From a virus (taxonomy: Duplodnaviria > Caudoviricetes): DNA of 33,769 nt. The position numbers and the translations under genes are program-made. Below the pieces are notes generated by a model. That model did not search any database. It was given only the letters and a program-made list of their open reading frames with translations, and was not told where the DNA came from. Positions 1-9,862 of this stretch are shown here, in pieces. Location: positions 1-33,769 of IMG/VR virus record IMGVR_UViG_3300017913_002605. One strand, given 5' to 3'. Position 1 is the stretch's first letter, and each line of letters begins with the position of its first letter.

Positions 1-974
1 ACAATAAGGTTAAATTTCGAACTATCAGTAGGATGGTCTTCATAATTGATAGTAAAAGGCTTTTTAATAAAGTCACCATTAATCTCTCTAATTCTAGTTG
101 CTGCATGATCTTCAAGTTTGTTGTAAGAATCATCAGCAGAGACAACTTCAGTCACTTTACCATTTTGTACATTTGCATAGAATACAAAGATCTCATCCGA
201 GTCAACTTCTGACTCAAGAGCAAGTGTCATGTCAATACGGTAACGGTGCGCACCTGGAGCTGTTAGGTTAGGAGTATTAGTTGAGTTATCATATAAACGA
301 TTATCATCATCTTCAGTGTATACTGTTTGTACTACTTTGAATCCGACTTTTAGATTTGGCTTATTGTCATACTTTGCAACAATCTTTGACTGTGCATCAG
401 ACTTAACAAAGTGGCCCTGAGTAAAGAATACACCAGAGTTTACATTAGCTTGAGTACCAGCACCAACTGCTGGATTTGTATTTGTATTTGTTGTCTGTAC
501 AGTAAGCAGCTTAACAGAGTTTGTTAAGTTTTCACCAGGAGTGAAACGAATAGGAGTTGCACCTGGTGTACCAGATGATGTTGATGTATAACGTACGTAC
601 AATGTAGCTGGATCGGAACCAGTTGCAGTAGTTACTTCTAAGATCTCAGCCTGAACACCAGATGATGATCCAGTAATAATAGTACCTTCTAGAGTCTGTG
701 CTGACCCAGGAAGTGTGTTTACTGACGTGTCAAGTTTGATAAATTCATAACGGTTATCAAGAGTAATGCCACCACCTAATACAGCAGCACCTTCTTTGAA
801 GATGTTCTGACCAAACCGTTCAATCTCTTTTTGAATAATTGTCTGCAGTTGTGTAAGTTCACGAGACTGCAGAACTTTACCACCATTAAACAATATGCGA
901 TGATAGTGATCACTATCTCGAAAATCGTCCCTGTATTTGGTCTCAAATAATGAACTGGTTAAAGTAGTTGGCAT
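1..974 (-). CDS. Large virion structural protein, DUF4815/VrlC-like (partial, runs off window start)
   Basis: Manually translated from ATG at 974: MPTTFTSSLFETKYRDDFRDSDHYHRILFNGGKVLQSRELTQLQTIIQKEIERFGQNIFKEGA. The 'Y.DDF...YHRILF..G..LQ.RELTQLQ' N-terminus and a later 'APGAHR' motif are typical of this family, which follows gp8 in marine T4-like phages. Confidence 0.85.
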   Translation of the reverse strand, partial: MPTTLTSSLFETKYRDDFRDSDHYHRILFNGGKVLQSRELTQLQTIIQKEIERFGQNIFKEGAAVLGGGITLDNRYEFIKLDTSVNTLPGSAQTLEGTIITGSSSGVQAEILEVTTATGSDPATLYVRYTSTSSGTPGATPIRFTPGENLTNSVKLLTVQTTNTNTNPAVGAGTQANVNSGVFFTQGHFVKSDAQSKIVAKYDNKPNLKVGFKVVQTVYTEDDDNRLYDNSTNTPNLTAPGAHRYRIDMTLALESEVDSDEIFVFYANVQNGKVTEVVSADDSYNKLEDHAATRIREINGDFIKKPFTINYEDHPTDSSKFNLI

Positions 975-984
975 GACCTATTCC

Positions 985-2334
985 TTAGAATTGAATAATA
1001 ATTTTTACGTCTTCAGACTGAGTTGCATCTCTCAATACTGCAGCTCTATTGTCTATGTATAAGATATCTCCAGCATCAACATCTACCTGAGCATCAATGC
1101 GTGCTGAGTCAATGATTCCATCGCCAGTACCATTCTTCTCTTCAACTTGTTCACCATCCTGGAATGCTTTGAACCCAGTAAAGTCTGTTTGGTGATAGTA
1201 GATCTTATCTGAATCAAAGTTATCAACATATGCTTCAGCAAGAGAAGTGGCTCCTCTAATAATTTTGTCTTTTGTAAAGTTAGATACAACACTACTCAGA
1301 GTCATAAAATCAAGAGCGTTTGCTGTTGCATCTGTAAGAAGAGATCCATCATGTTCTTTTGGATTTCTAATAAGTGATACTTGTCTGAAGTCTTGATCAA
1401 GAATCAAATCACTATCTGAACCTTCTAGCTTTGTGTGGAACATAACTGAAGATGCTTTTAGTGTTTCACGAGCATCTGCTCCAATACCTGAGTCTGGTCC
1501 AATAACTGCACGAGCTGTTGCAGCAGTAGTTGCACCACCACCTGTAATGCTTACACTCGCAGTTGTATATCCAATACCATGATCAAGTGTGGATGAATCT
1601 GGTGACATCTCAATCTTAGTTACAACTCCGTTAGCTGAATCAATAAATGCTCTTGCTGATGCAGATGTACCAGAAGTTGATGTAATTGCAACTGTTGGAA
1701 TTGATGTATAACCAGCTCCACCATCTGTAAGAATAATACTCAGAATCTCACCAGCAACAGCTTGATCTTGTACTTCACGGTGACGTGTAGCAATACCAGT
1801 TGAGTTAGAATCCGTTACTCCTTGCTTCTTAACAGGCATGTAGTTAGCAGACATGAAATCGTTTGCATCTGCAGCTGAGATAGTATATAAGAACTTCCAA
1901 ACATATCCATCAGATGTACGGAAAGAGTTAATGTTTGCTCCTGTTGGTTCTACTGTTGATGCTTGAATAACACCAAGTGCATTCCGTCCAACTTCCAAAC
2001 AAACGTAAACCTGATTGTTATCTGTCTTTACATAATATGGGTTTGCTGTATATCCAGCTGCTCTATCATCATACTGAGAATAGATTGTACCTTGAGTCCA
2101 ATTGTGTCTTGGAATAACAAGTGAGTTATTTGTAACTTTTTTGACTGCTTGTAGCTGATCACGTAGATCTTCTACTTCCTCAAAGGTATCCTTTGGAGTT
2201 GGTACTGTATCGCTACTGTCCCACTGTTCAGAACGGCCGATACCAATATAGTAATTATGTGTACCGTTATTGAACCCATCAAAGAACTCGCGAGCAATAA
2301 TCCTACGAAGTTTAGTTGTAATAATAGCTGGCAT
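985..2334 (-). CDS. gp8: Baseplate wedge subunit gp8-like
   Basis: 449 aa with 'YIGIGRSEQW', 'IPRHNWTQGTIY', 'VYVCL', 'DGYVWKFLYTI', 'DFRQVSLIRNP' and a C-terminal 'YIDNR...Q.EDVKIIIQF', as in cyanophage-type gp8; baseplate context. Confidence 0.85.
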   Translation of the reverse strand: MPAIITTKLRRIIAREFFDGFNNGTHNYYIGIGRSEQWDSSDTVPTPKDTFEEVEDLRDQLQAVKKVTNNSLVIPRHNWTQGTIYSQYDDRAAGYTANPYYVKTDNNQVYVCLEVGRNALGVIQASTVEPTGANINSFRTSDGYVWKFLYTISAADANDFMSANYMPVKKQGVTDSNSTGIATRHREVQDQAVAGEILSIILTDGGAGYTSIPTVAITSTSGTSASARAFIDSANGVVTKIEMSPDSSTLDHGIGYTTASVSITGGGATTAATARAVIGPDSGIGADARETLKASSVMFHTKLEGSDSDLILDQDFRQVSLIRNPKEHDGSLLTDATANALDFMTLSSVVSNFTKDKIIRGATSLAEAYVDNFDSDKIYYHQTDFTGFKAFQDGEQVEEKNGTGDGIIDSARIDAQVDVDAGDILYIDNRAAVLRDATQSEDVKIIIQF

Positions 2335-2344
2335 TTTCTATTCC

Positions 2345-4429
2345 TTAATTACTTTCAAGTGCTGCGACTCTTGCTTTGAGTGCTGTATGATCTGAGTCTA
2401 GGTTATCATATTTAGTGCTGAGCTCTTGAACCGCTTTCCACAGGATTGGTAACATATCACCAGCTGTGAATCTTTGTACGTCGTATGAGAAACGAGTATC
2501 TCCAATATCCTCTTCAAAGGTGAGGCGAGCACTATCAGCATATCCAGATGGTAACGCTGTCTCTACATCTTGTGCAATCCAACCAAACTCATATCTTTCG
2601 TTCTTTTCACCAGCAGCTACATGAGCATCAGAATCAAAATTCCATGATTGTGTTAGTGATGGATCAGCATCAAGTTCTGCTTGTGTATACGTTGGTGTAT
2701 AGTAACGGGCTCTATCGTTTCTACGGAAGTACTTTGGAGTTACATCATTTACAAAATTAAGACCAATAGTCAAGTCATTAATTTCAACTTTGTCCCGTTT
2801 ATCCGACAATGATGTAATAGTAGTATCTTGACATCTAAGATCGGTTGTGTTTGAGCTACCAATAACTAGACGGCCGGCAGAGCCGTTTGTTACGTTTGGT
2901 CCTAATGTTACTGCATTGTTTGCAGTAGCGGTAGTTGAACTTCCAAGAGCAATTGTATCAGTACCTTGAGCATTTGATGATGCGCCAACAGCCACATTCT
3001 GGCCAGAACCTGCTGAAAGTGCGTTGTAACCAACTGCTACGTTCAAGTTCTGGATGGCTTGTGCACTTGCACCAATTGCAACAGTTCGATATGGTTGTCC
3101 CCCACCTTTTGCATTATATCCAATTACAACTTGCTGATATCCAGTATTAGCACCATTGGTTGCATCTGCTCCAGCATTTCTACCAATGAGTATATTATCA
3201 TCCCCTGTCGTCAATCTGGATCCAGCATCGTTACCAATTGCAATGTTATTTTGCGCGCCAGCATCTGGATTGTCTGTATTGTATGAGAAAATGTTACCTT
3301 CACTATCATGTAAGATAGCATTACCAGAGTTGGAGTCACCTCCTCCACCGCCACCACCTGTTGAGATAGCAACACCATTCAGAGTAGTACCTGATGGAAG
3401 ATCAAGTACACCACCTGCTTCTGTGATGGTTGCAAAAGATCCAGTTGCACCAATTTTGATTTCATTTGAAACGTAGATGTCTCTCCAACGTAATGCTGAA
3501 TCACCAAGATCTTTATCATTATCAGCAAATGGTCTCACAGATCCAGTTACAAAGAATTGGTCTTCGCCAGTAGCGCGAGTAAATCCAAATGTACCAGAAT
3601 CATTACCACCATCAAATTTAATTGATCGTACATTTGTAGCTGTTATTCTCTCATTTGACTGTGTATATCTCAACCGAGCATTACCACCCATATGAATATC
3701 ACTATCAACATGAAGATCACGGCCATGGAAGTCGCGAGCATAGATGTCTTTAAATGCCGTAGCAGAGTCGCCAATGTTTCTTGTTCTGTGACCATCTGGA
3801 ATAATGTTACGACCAACAGATGTAAGCTCATCACGAATCAAATAATTTGCATGAGTTGAATCTAGGAACTGACTAGTATTAATATTATTGTTAATGTAGT
3901 TTGAATCAACTTGATCTTGGATCAATGCAATTGCTGCATCAGAATCAACACCAAGTGTGACCTGAGCTTTAATAAATGATGAATCAATTACTGTACCAAC
4001 TGTAGCTGAATCTAACGAATTCTGTTCAATTAATGTAAGAACTTTTGCTGAGTCAAGTACCTCTGCACGAACAAGAGATTTTACTTCGGCTGAATCTAAA
4101 CCAGCAAGATCTGAGAGAAGAGCAATTGTACCAGATGAATCTGGGAGCTTGATATAGTTGTCTGAAGTTGGTTCAGTGGCTTGCAAGAAGGTTTCGTTAT
4201 TATCCCCATCACCAACACTATCTTCACCAATAAACACTACTGCACGTTGATCAAAGGTAATACCTTCAATGTTCAACGCACCAACTGAATCAGCGGTCTG
4301 AAGTTTCAGAGCACCAATGTCTGAGTATACTTCTTCAAAGTTAGCATTGATCTTAATGGCGCCACCACGAAGGGTATCCCCGGTGCCGTCGTTACCTGCA
4401 CTACCAACTGCTATAATTGCTCTTGCCAT
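2345..4429 (-). CDS. Tail fibre/spike: gp9/gp10-like N-terminal anchor, Asp-Ser repeats, YadA-like head repeats, C-terminal intramolecular chaperone (peptidase S74-like)
   Basis: N-terminal 'NDGTGDTLRGGAIKINANF'; repeated 'N[IV]A[IV]G..A' units; 'SDKRDK' cleavage-type motif followed by 'GWIAQDVE' and 'ILWKAVQEL' ending in a coiled coil. Confidence 0.8.
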   Translation of the reverse strand: MARAIIAVGSAGNDGTGDTLRGGAIKINANFEEVYSDIGALKLQTADSVGALNIEGITFDQRAVVFIGEDSVGDGDNNETFLQATEPTSDNYIKLPDSSGTIALLSDLAGLDSAEVKSLVRAEVLDSAKVLTLIEQNSLDSATVGTVIDSSFIKAQVTLGVDSDAAIALIQDQVDSNYINNNINTSQFLDSTHANYLIRDELTSVGRNIIPDGHRTRNIGDSATAFKDIYARDFHGRDLHVDSDIHMGGNARLRYTQSNERITATNVRSIKFDGGNDSGTFGFTRATGEDQFFVTGSVRPFADNDKDLGDSALRWRDIYVSNEIKIGATGSFATITEAGGVLDLPSGTTLNGVAISTGGGGGGGDSNSGNAILHDSEGNIFSYNTDNPDAGAQNNIAIGNDAGSRLTTGDDNILIGRNAGADATNGANTGYQQVVIGYNAKGGGQPYRTVAIGASAQAIQNLNVAVGYNALSAGSGQNVAVGASSNAQGTDTIALGSSTTATANNAVTLGPNVTNGSAGRLVIGSSNTTDLRCQDTTITSLSDKRDKVEINDLTIGLNFVNDVTPKYFRRNDRARYYTPTYTQAELDADPSLTQSWNFDSDAHVAAGEKNERYEFGWIAQDVETALPSGYADSARLTFEEDIGDTRFSYDVQRFTAGDMLPILWKAVQELSTKYDNLDSDHTALKARVAALESN
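3844..4100 (-). repeat. Imperfect [LIV]-D-S-x-x-[VIA] peptide repeat in the fibre (7 copies)
   Basis: LDSAEV, LDSAKV, LDSATV, IDSSFI, VDSDAA, VDSNYI, LDSTHA at 9-15 aa spacing; boundaries approximate. Confidence 0.7.
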
Positions 4430-4453
4430 TGCTTCTTCCTAAAATATTTGAAT

Positions 4454-5500
4454 CTATTTATAATAGTTATACAACGAAACTGGTCCATCACTGTCAACAT
4501 ATTGTACATGGTATGCCATATCAAATGTTGTGTATGATGAATCAGAGAATCTTGTATATGTGTCAGCAAGATCTAAGTGGAAACCAGCCCACTGATCGAT
4601 CGTACCGTAGTTATCGATAATATGTCCAACAGTTTGGTTGAGACCAAACGCCAATGGAGTTTTGTATACTGATAAACGCTCTCTCGCCAAATCTGCATCG
4701 TCCTCCTCTGGTGTGTAGTAACCAGGCTGTACATAACGACGCTGAGCAAAGTATTGACCCTCATCATCATTGTTATCTTCATACAAGCCAGTAACTTCAC
4801 CTTCAATTCTATTGTAATTAAATACAACAGAAGAGAATACATTGAGCGGACCTTTGTCACCAATTGACTGAGCCGTAGTAAATGGCATTGTATCGGTACT
4901 GGTGATAACAATATCAGCTGCAAGATGGAATCCAGATGGATGTACATACTTTCTCCACAAATCTCTCCACTGCTTGATTGGTAATGGTGATTTGATAAGC
5001 AAAGAAAAGATCTGGAAGATTGCACCATCTTGTAGAACATATCCCATCTCTGGTCCAAGTTCTGATGTATTTGTTCTAAACAATCTATCCTTTGGCTGGG
5101 TAATTTCTATTTCTTCTTCATTAAAGAATGCTCTGAAGAAACCCATACCAGAATAATCAGAGCCTTTTACTCTAAAGAAGTTACCCATGTTTCTGAGAGC
5201 TTCTCTAGGATACGTAAACTGACCATTAGAAATGCCAAGACCTAATTCATGAAACAAGAAATCCAATCGAGAGAGCTCTGTATCTTCCATATCACGAATT
5301 GTTTGCAACTCGTTGATGATACCACCCCATTGTTGATCCGAATCTAGATACTCATAGTATCCTTCTAAGAACGTAATGAGATCTGGAAAATCCTCTTGGA
5401 AATATTCTGGTAGGACTTCCTGTATAAGACTCTTACGATAATTAATTGCAAGTCTATTGAAGTCCTTCAGAGTTTCTGAATTATTCGGTGAATGAGTCAT
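4454..5500 (-). CDS. Compact gp7-like baseplate wedge protein
   Basis: N-terminal 'LPEYF.EDFP.LITFLEGYYEYL', 'FFRVKGS' and 'YVHPSGF' motifs; lies directly after gp6. Confidence 0.6.
   Translation of the reverse strand: MTHSPNNSETLKDFNRLAINYRKSLIQEVLPEYFQEDFPDLITFLEGYYEYLDSDQQWGGIINELQTIRDMEDTELSRLDFLFHELGLGISNGQFTYPREALRNMGNFFRVKGSDYSGMGFFRAFFNEEEIEITQPKDRLFRTNTSELGPEMGYVLQDGAIFQIFSLLIKSPLPIKQWRDLWRKYVHPSGFHLAADIVITSTDTMPFTTAQSIGDKGPLNVFSSVVFNYNRIEGEVTGLYEDNNDDEGQYFAQRRYVQPGYYTPEEDDADLARERLSVYKTPLAFGLNQTVGHIIDNYGTIDQWAGFHLDLADTYTRFSDSSYTTFDMAYHVQYVDSDGPVSLYNYYK
4455..4462 (-). promoter_or_regulatory. T4-type late promoter TATAAATA
   Basis: Exact consensus about 25 nt upstream of the fibre start codon. 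Confidence 0.75.
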
Positions 5501-7341
5501 TAGAACTGTACTTGTAAGCTAGGTGTCTGTCTATCAATGATAGCTGTTGCGGATGATGCATCAGTTTCATATTTGAGAATGTAGTTACGCAGAGGCTTAA
5601 TTGTACCTTCAATCTTTGGTTCTGCACTGATCTTTAATGTAGTACCTCCACCAAGGATTGCACTTGGCTGGAAGCCAACTATGCTTACTGTGCCCTTCAG
5701 TGTATTATAACTACCAACATTATCAAGAAGGATTTGATCAGATAAATCATATATTGACAATTGGTTTGAGTTTGGTCTATTCTTAATTCTTGCTGTCACA
5801 CCATTATATGTGAATGCATTACTTTGTACTCTTGTGAACACATCATCTGGCTCAGCGAGCTGTGCTGGGAAGTTTAGATCAAAAGTATTCTTGACTGATG
5901 TATCAATAACTTTACGCATCTGAATCTTCATATCAATACGAGTAGATAAGATAGAGTTATCAATAGAATCAACTTCTGTTGCAAGATTACTCTTTCTGAA
6001 TGTCTTACCAAACGTATTCAAGTTATCGGTGAAGTACTGATTAATAAAGTTGAATACTTTGTTTTCCATAGTAGCTTGTGTCAATCCAGATAATGCTGGA
6101 TCAAAATCAAACTCAGTTGTAAGTTCTAAGAATACATCTATAGGATCTACAAACTTAGGAGTCATAGACATAGTAGATAGATTCTCAACAAAGTTGTTCA
6201 GAATTGAGTTTTGTACTGCAGTCTTTGTTGCTGAGTTTGTATTAGCTTTATAGTTGAGTGAAATGTACACAGCACCATAATCAATTGGTACGTTTTCATC
6301 ACCTGACCAGACAGCAGCTTCTTGTACTTGCGAGAAGTTTGTTTCAATCATTGCTTTATAGTCGAGTGATGTTACAAGTCTGTGCTGACCCGCATACGCA
6401 ATAGGTGCAAGCTGACGAATAGATTCAATAGACTGTTTCTCTGAACCACCCGCTGACTCACCAGCGGTTGCAACACTTAATACATAATCAATACTATTGA
6501 CCCGTACTTGACTGTTTGCTGTAAACACAGTACCATTATTAGCCGTAGGACCTTTCGTGGAAAGATATGTAACTTCAATCTTCTCACCAGGCTCTGGAGA
6601 CTTACCAAATGAAGTACCGTCACCAAAGTTCAGCTCATAGTATCCATTAGGTACTTCATGAATTGAATAGAATCTTGATCCTGAATTAATCACTACTGCT
6701 TGTGAAAGTGGTTTGTATGATTCATATGTACTTGAAGTCAATGATTCATATACTAATACTTGTGCAGTAGATTTATCCATCGATTCATCTGGAATAACAT
6801 AAACCTGACGTTCATCTTTTTGGCCAACAATAAATGTTTTTGTTTTCTCAATACCTTCAAAGATTGGGATGTCAGTTGATCCATCAGATGTAATAAAGCT
6901 GTATAATCCATTACCATTATCTCTTGCTGTATATTGTTCAAGAGTTCTAAATGTATATGATGTACCATCAATATTAGATGTGAATAATGTATCTTTTGGA
7001 ATTGTAATTGTAAGAGGTCTACCAGAAACACCAGCAAGATTCAATGATAGATTTACAAGAGCTCTTGCTGCAGACATTGATCTTGTTTCATATCCAAGAG
7101 TAGCTGCATGCGAGATAACCGAACTACGAAGCTGAGCTGATGCAAGGAATGATTCATTCAACGCAAAGTTTGCTGTCAAAGCATTTACGTGAGTGTTATA
7201 TGCTAACACATCCAATAGGTTTGACAGACCAGCTGCTTCAAAGTCATATGTATTGAATTGACTTTGTTTCTTTAGATGGTCTTTGAGTCTGGTCTTAATA
7301 GTATTAAAATCAAGATCAGCTGATTTGGTCGTAGTAGCCAT
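5500..7341 (-). CDS. gp6: Baseplate wedge subunit gp6
   Basis: 613 aa; 'LDFNTIK', 'YDFEAAGLSNLLDVLAYNTH', 'NESFLASAQLRSSV', 'FGDG', 'RLVTSLDY'. Confidence 0.93.
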   Translation of the reverse strand: MATTTKSADLDFNTIKTRLKDHLKKQSQFNTYDFEAAGLSNLLDVLAYNTHVNALTANFALNESFLASAQLRSSVISHAATLGYETRSMSAARALVNLSLNLAGVSGRPLTITIPKDTLFTSNIDGTSYTFRTLEQYTARDNGNGLYSFITSDGSTDIPIFEGIEKTKTFIVGQKDERQVYVIPDESMDKSTAQVLVYESLTSSTYESYKPLSQAVVINSGSRFYSIHEVPNGYYELNFGDGTSFGKSPEPGEKIEVTYLSTKGPTANNGTVFTANSQVRVNSIDYVLSVATAGESAGGSEKQSIESIRQLAPIAYAGQHRLVTSLDYKAMIETNFSQVQEAAVWSGDENVPIDYGAVYISLNYKANTNSATKTAVQNSILNNFVENLSTMSMTPKFVDPIDVFLELTTEFDFDPALSGLTQATMENKVFNFINQYFTDNLNTFGKTFRKSNLATEVDSIDNSILSTRIDMKIQMRKVIDTSVKNTFDLNFPAQLAEPDDVFTRVQSNAFTYNGVTARIKNRPNSNQLSIYDLSDQILLDNVGSYNTLKGTVSIVGFQPSAILGGGTTLKISAEPKIEGTIKPLRNYILKYETDASSATAIIDRQTPSLQVQF

Positions 7342-7342
7342 T

Positions 7343-7786
7343 TTATCTTACTCTCGTTAAATCTAATTCTAATGTGACAGGTTCAACCGCATTTAGTACT
7401 TGAAACACTACTTTTACTCTAACCTGATTAGATTCAGGGAAGACAAAGATATCCACAGTACGCATTTGTGCTCGTGGTTCATGTCTTGCTATTGTTTCAA
7501 ATATTCTATCTCTAAAGATATCAGCTTCAATACTAGTATCAAGTTCAAATAGAAAACGATTGAGGTTCCCACCAAACGTATTGTCAAATGGTTTCTCCAT
7601 AAAGTTAGTCATAAGAATATTTCTTACAGCTTGCTTTACGGCTGCAGCTTCTTCTTTCTTAAATATTTCACCAGATGGTTTTGCCTTGAATGAAAGATCA
7701 ATATCCTTATACACAACTTCTTTAGCTGAAGTTATACTAGGACCAGACTGATTACCATCCTCAATTGAAAAAGCTCTTGCGACCAT
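7343..7786 (-). CDS. gp25: Baseplate wedge subunit gp25
   Basis: 'YKDIDLSF', 'AVKQAVRNILMTNFMEKPF...FGGNL..FLFE', 'HEPR'. Confidence 0.93.
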   Translation of the reverse strand: MVARAFSIEDGNQSGPSITSAKEVVYKDIDLSFKAKPSGEIFKKEEAAAVKQAVRNILMTNFMEKPFDNTFGGNLNRFLFELDTSIEADIFRDRIFETIARHEPRAQMRTVDIFVFPESNQVRVKVVFQVLNAVEPVTLELDLTRVR

Positions 7787-7811
7787 TATACTTCCTTAAA
7801 AACCTTTTTTC

Positions 7812-7819
7812 TATTTATA
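7812..7819 (-). promoter_or_regulatory. T4-type late promoter TATAAATA
   Basis: Exact consensus about 25 nt upstream of gp25. Confidence 0.75.
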
Positions 7820-9851
7820 AGATTTCTACAAGTTCGTTTGTGCTCTGAACGTAATTATTGAAACGCGTCTCAATCTTATTACTGAAGTCAGCTTGATAGA
7901 ATCCACCTGTGAGCTCAGGCATGACAAGTATAATCTGAACATTTAATGAATCATCCGGGTTGTATGTGTCATAATCCAGAATCATCTTTTCAAACTGTAA
8001 ACTATCTTTCCACCATGCGGCCAGCTTAAATGTTTCTTTGAACGCAATCTTACCATTACGATCTCTTAACTCATATACAATTGCTCTACCAGTTGTACGT
8101 AAATCATTAATACCGTCTGGTGTAACTTGTTCTTTCTCACCTGGTTTGTAGACACCTTCAGATACAATCAACCTAACATCAGCAAAGTCTCCTTCATCTT
8201 CTTTTACTGACTTCATAGCATTTGCATGTAGTGCTAGATTCTTAGCAACAACCAGTCTTCCCTCAGTTGTCATATGATCAAGAGTAATAGGATCGCTGTG
8301 GCTTCCTAAGAATTTTGAGACTGTAATGCCGCGTGCAAGTCTTGTATTTGCAGTAATCTTCTTTTGTCTCATTGGATCAAATTCTGGCTCAGGAAAGTAT
8401 TCAACCTTTATGTTTTGTGTACTACCTTTGTATCGTTTTGCTTCAGCACCTTTTACTCTACCAAGTACATCGTTAGGATGAGTAAAACGAGGAGTTGCAT
8501 CATTGCTTATAATCTCACCAATGTTACTTGGAGCTGCATTTGCAAACGTTGATGATAAGATACCTTCAGTTATGCACTGACCAACAAATGTAGAGTTTGA
8601 ATGTACATCATCATCTTTTAATTTTGACCTAACTTCTTTTGTCGTAAGAGTACGATTAGATACATTGTTATAATCAACTAGACGATTGATAGCATTATAG
8701 ATTACATTACCAACATCTACTGCAACTTTGAATACACCATATTGTGAATTGAACCAATCATTCTTGATAACCGAATCTGTTGGTAATACAGTTGCTTTTG
8801 TATCAACTGCTTGGGCAGCTGCTGTATTCTTTGTTCCTGCAGAACCACCAGCACCAAGTGCACCTGCTGTACCTGCACGACCTGCCTGTGTTGCTGTATC
8901 CGCATTACCAGTTAATGATCCAACAAACTCTGTAGCTTCTGTTCTTGTTGTGTATGCTGTATTAGTTGTGATAGTATCAGTTGCAGTAATAGAATGTCCT
9001 GTATACTGATTATAGTTGTATGTGATGATATTCTCACCACCCATTGTTCCACTATCGCCAATAACAGTCAAGCTAGAAGCCCCAATGTTAATATCTGGTG
9101 ATGTAGCAATATATTTGTTCTCGGCTGATATTTGATATTCCGAACCAACAGTTAACTCATCATTTGACTCAATAGCAGTACTACGATTACCCTTAATAAT
9201 ATTATTCTGATCACCTAGTACTAGAGTTGTATCTGCTCCTGTGATTGTCTTAGATACATTACGGTTAACGAACGTCTGGTAATTCTTATTGATATCTTCT
9301 CTGAGACCACCTTTGATATCGATAGTTTGATCACCACCAATATTCATGTTCATATTACCGCCAACATCAAGATCAAAGTCACCATCAACTCTCATCTTCA
9401 AGTTGCCATGATAAACCATTTGACCATTACCTTCAATAATGACTTTTTGATCTCCACCAGCAATTGTAATCTGATTGTTGATTGCGTTGATGATAACTGT
9501 ACCATCAGCTCTCATCTCAACACCTGCACCAGTCTTATGTTTAAACAACATACGTTCACGGCCAGGTGTATCATCCATCTCTGTTACATGACCAGAAACG
9601 GTACGACGTACTTGGTTCAGAGGATATACAGATGCAATGTAATCGTCTAAGTCGAGATCTAAGTTTACATCACCACCACCAAGCAAGAGATCATTCTGCT
9701 CAATTCCTCTGGCTTCAAAGTTAGTAGTTGGAGCGTTTACATATTCTCTTTTTGGATAGTTTTGTTTTGGATCTGAATACGGATCCTGCTTTGCTGATGG
9801 TCGAGTTATTTTACCGCCAGCATCAATATCGAATGGATTATCTAAACTCAT
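7815..9851 (-). CDS. gp5 C-terminal-like spike protein (beta-helix) with a degenerate peptidase M15-like C-terminal domain
   Basis: 'YPLNQVRRTVSGHVTEMDDTPGRERMLFKHKTG' is the gp5 post-lysozyme signature, followed by 8-residue V/I-x-G-D/N repeats. The C-terminus follows an M15A-like layout without the usual His ligands (tentative). Confidence 0.75.
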   Translation of the reverse strand: MSLDNPFDIDAGGKITRPSAKQDPYSDPKQNYPKREYVNAPTTNFEARGIEQNDLLLGGGDVNLDLDLDDYIASVYPLNQVRRTVSGHVTEMDDTPGRERMLFKHKTGAGVEMRADGTVIINAINNQITIAGGDQKVIIEGNGQMVYHGNLKMRVDGDFDLDVGGNMNMNIGGDQTIDIKGGLREDINKNYQTFVNRNVSKTITGADTTLVLGDQNNIIKGNRSTAIESNDELTVGSEYQISAENKYIATSPDINIGASSLTVIGDSGTMGGENIITYNYNQYTGHSITATDTITTNTAYTTRTEATEFVGSLTGNADTATQAGRAGTAGALGAGGSAGTKNTAAAQAVDTKATVLPTDSVIKNDWFNSQYGVFKVAVDVGNVIYNAINRLVDYNNVSNRTLTTKEVRSKLKDDDVHSNSTFVGQCITEGILSSTFANAAPSNIGEIISNDATPRFTHPNDVLGRVKGAEAKRYKGSTQNIKVEYFPEPEFDPMRQKKITANTRLARGITVSKFLGSHSDPITLDHMTTEGRLVVAKNLALHANAMKSVKEDEGDFADVRLIVSEGVYKPGEKEQVTPDGINDLRTTGRAIVYELRDRNGKIAFKETFKLAAWWKDSLQFEKMILDYDTYNPDDSLNVQIILVMPELTGGFYQADFSNKIETRFNNYVQSTNELVEIL

Positions 9852-9862
9852 ACTCTATCTCC

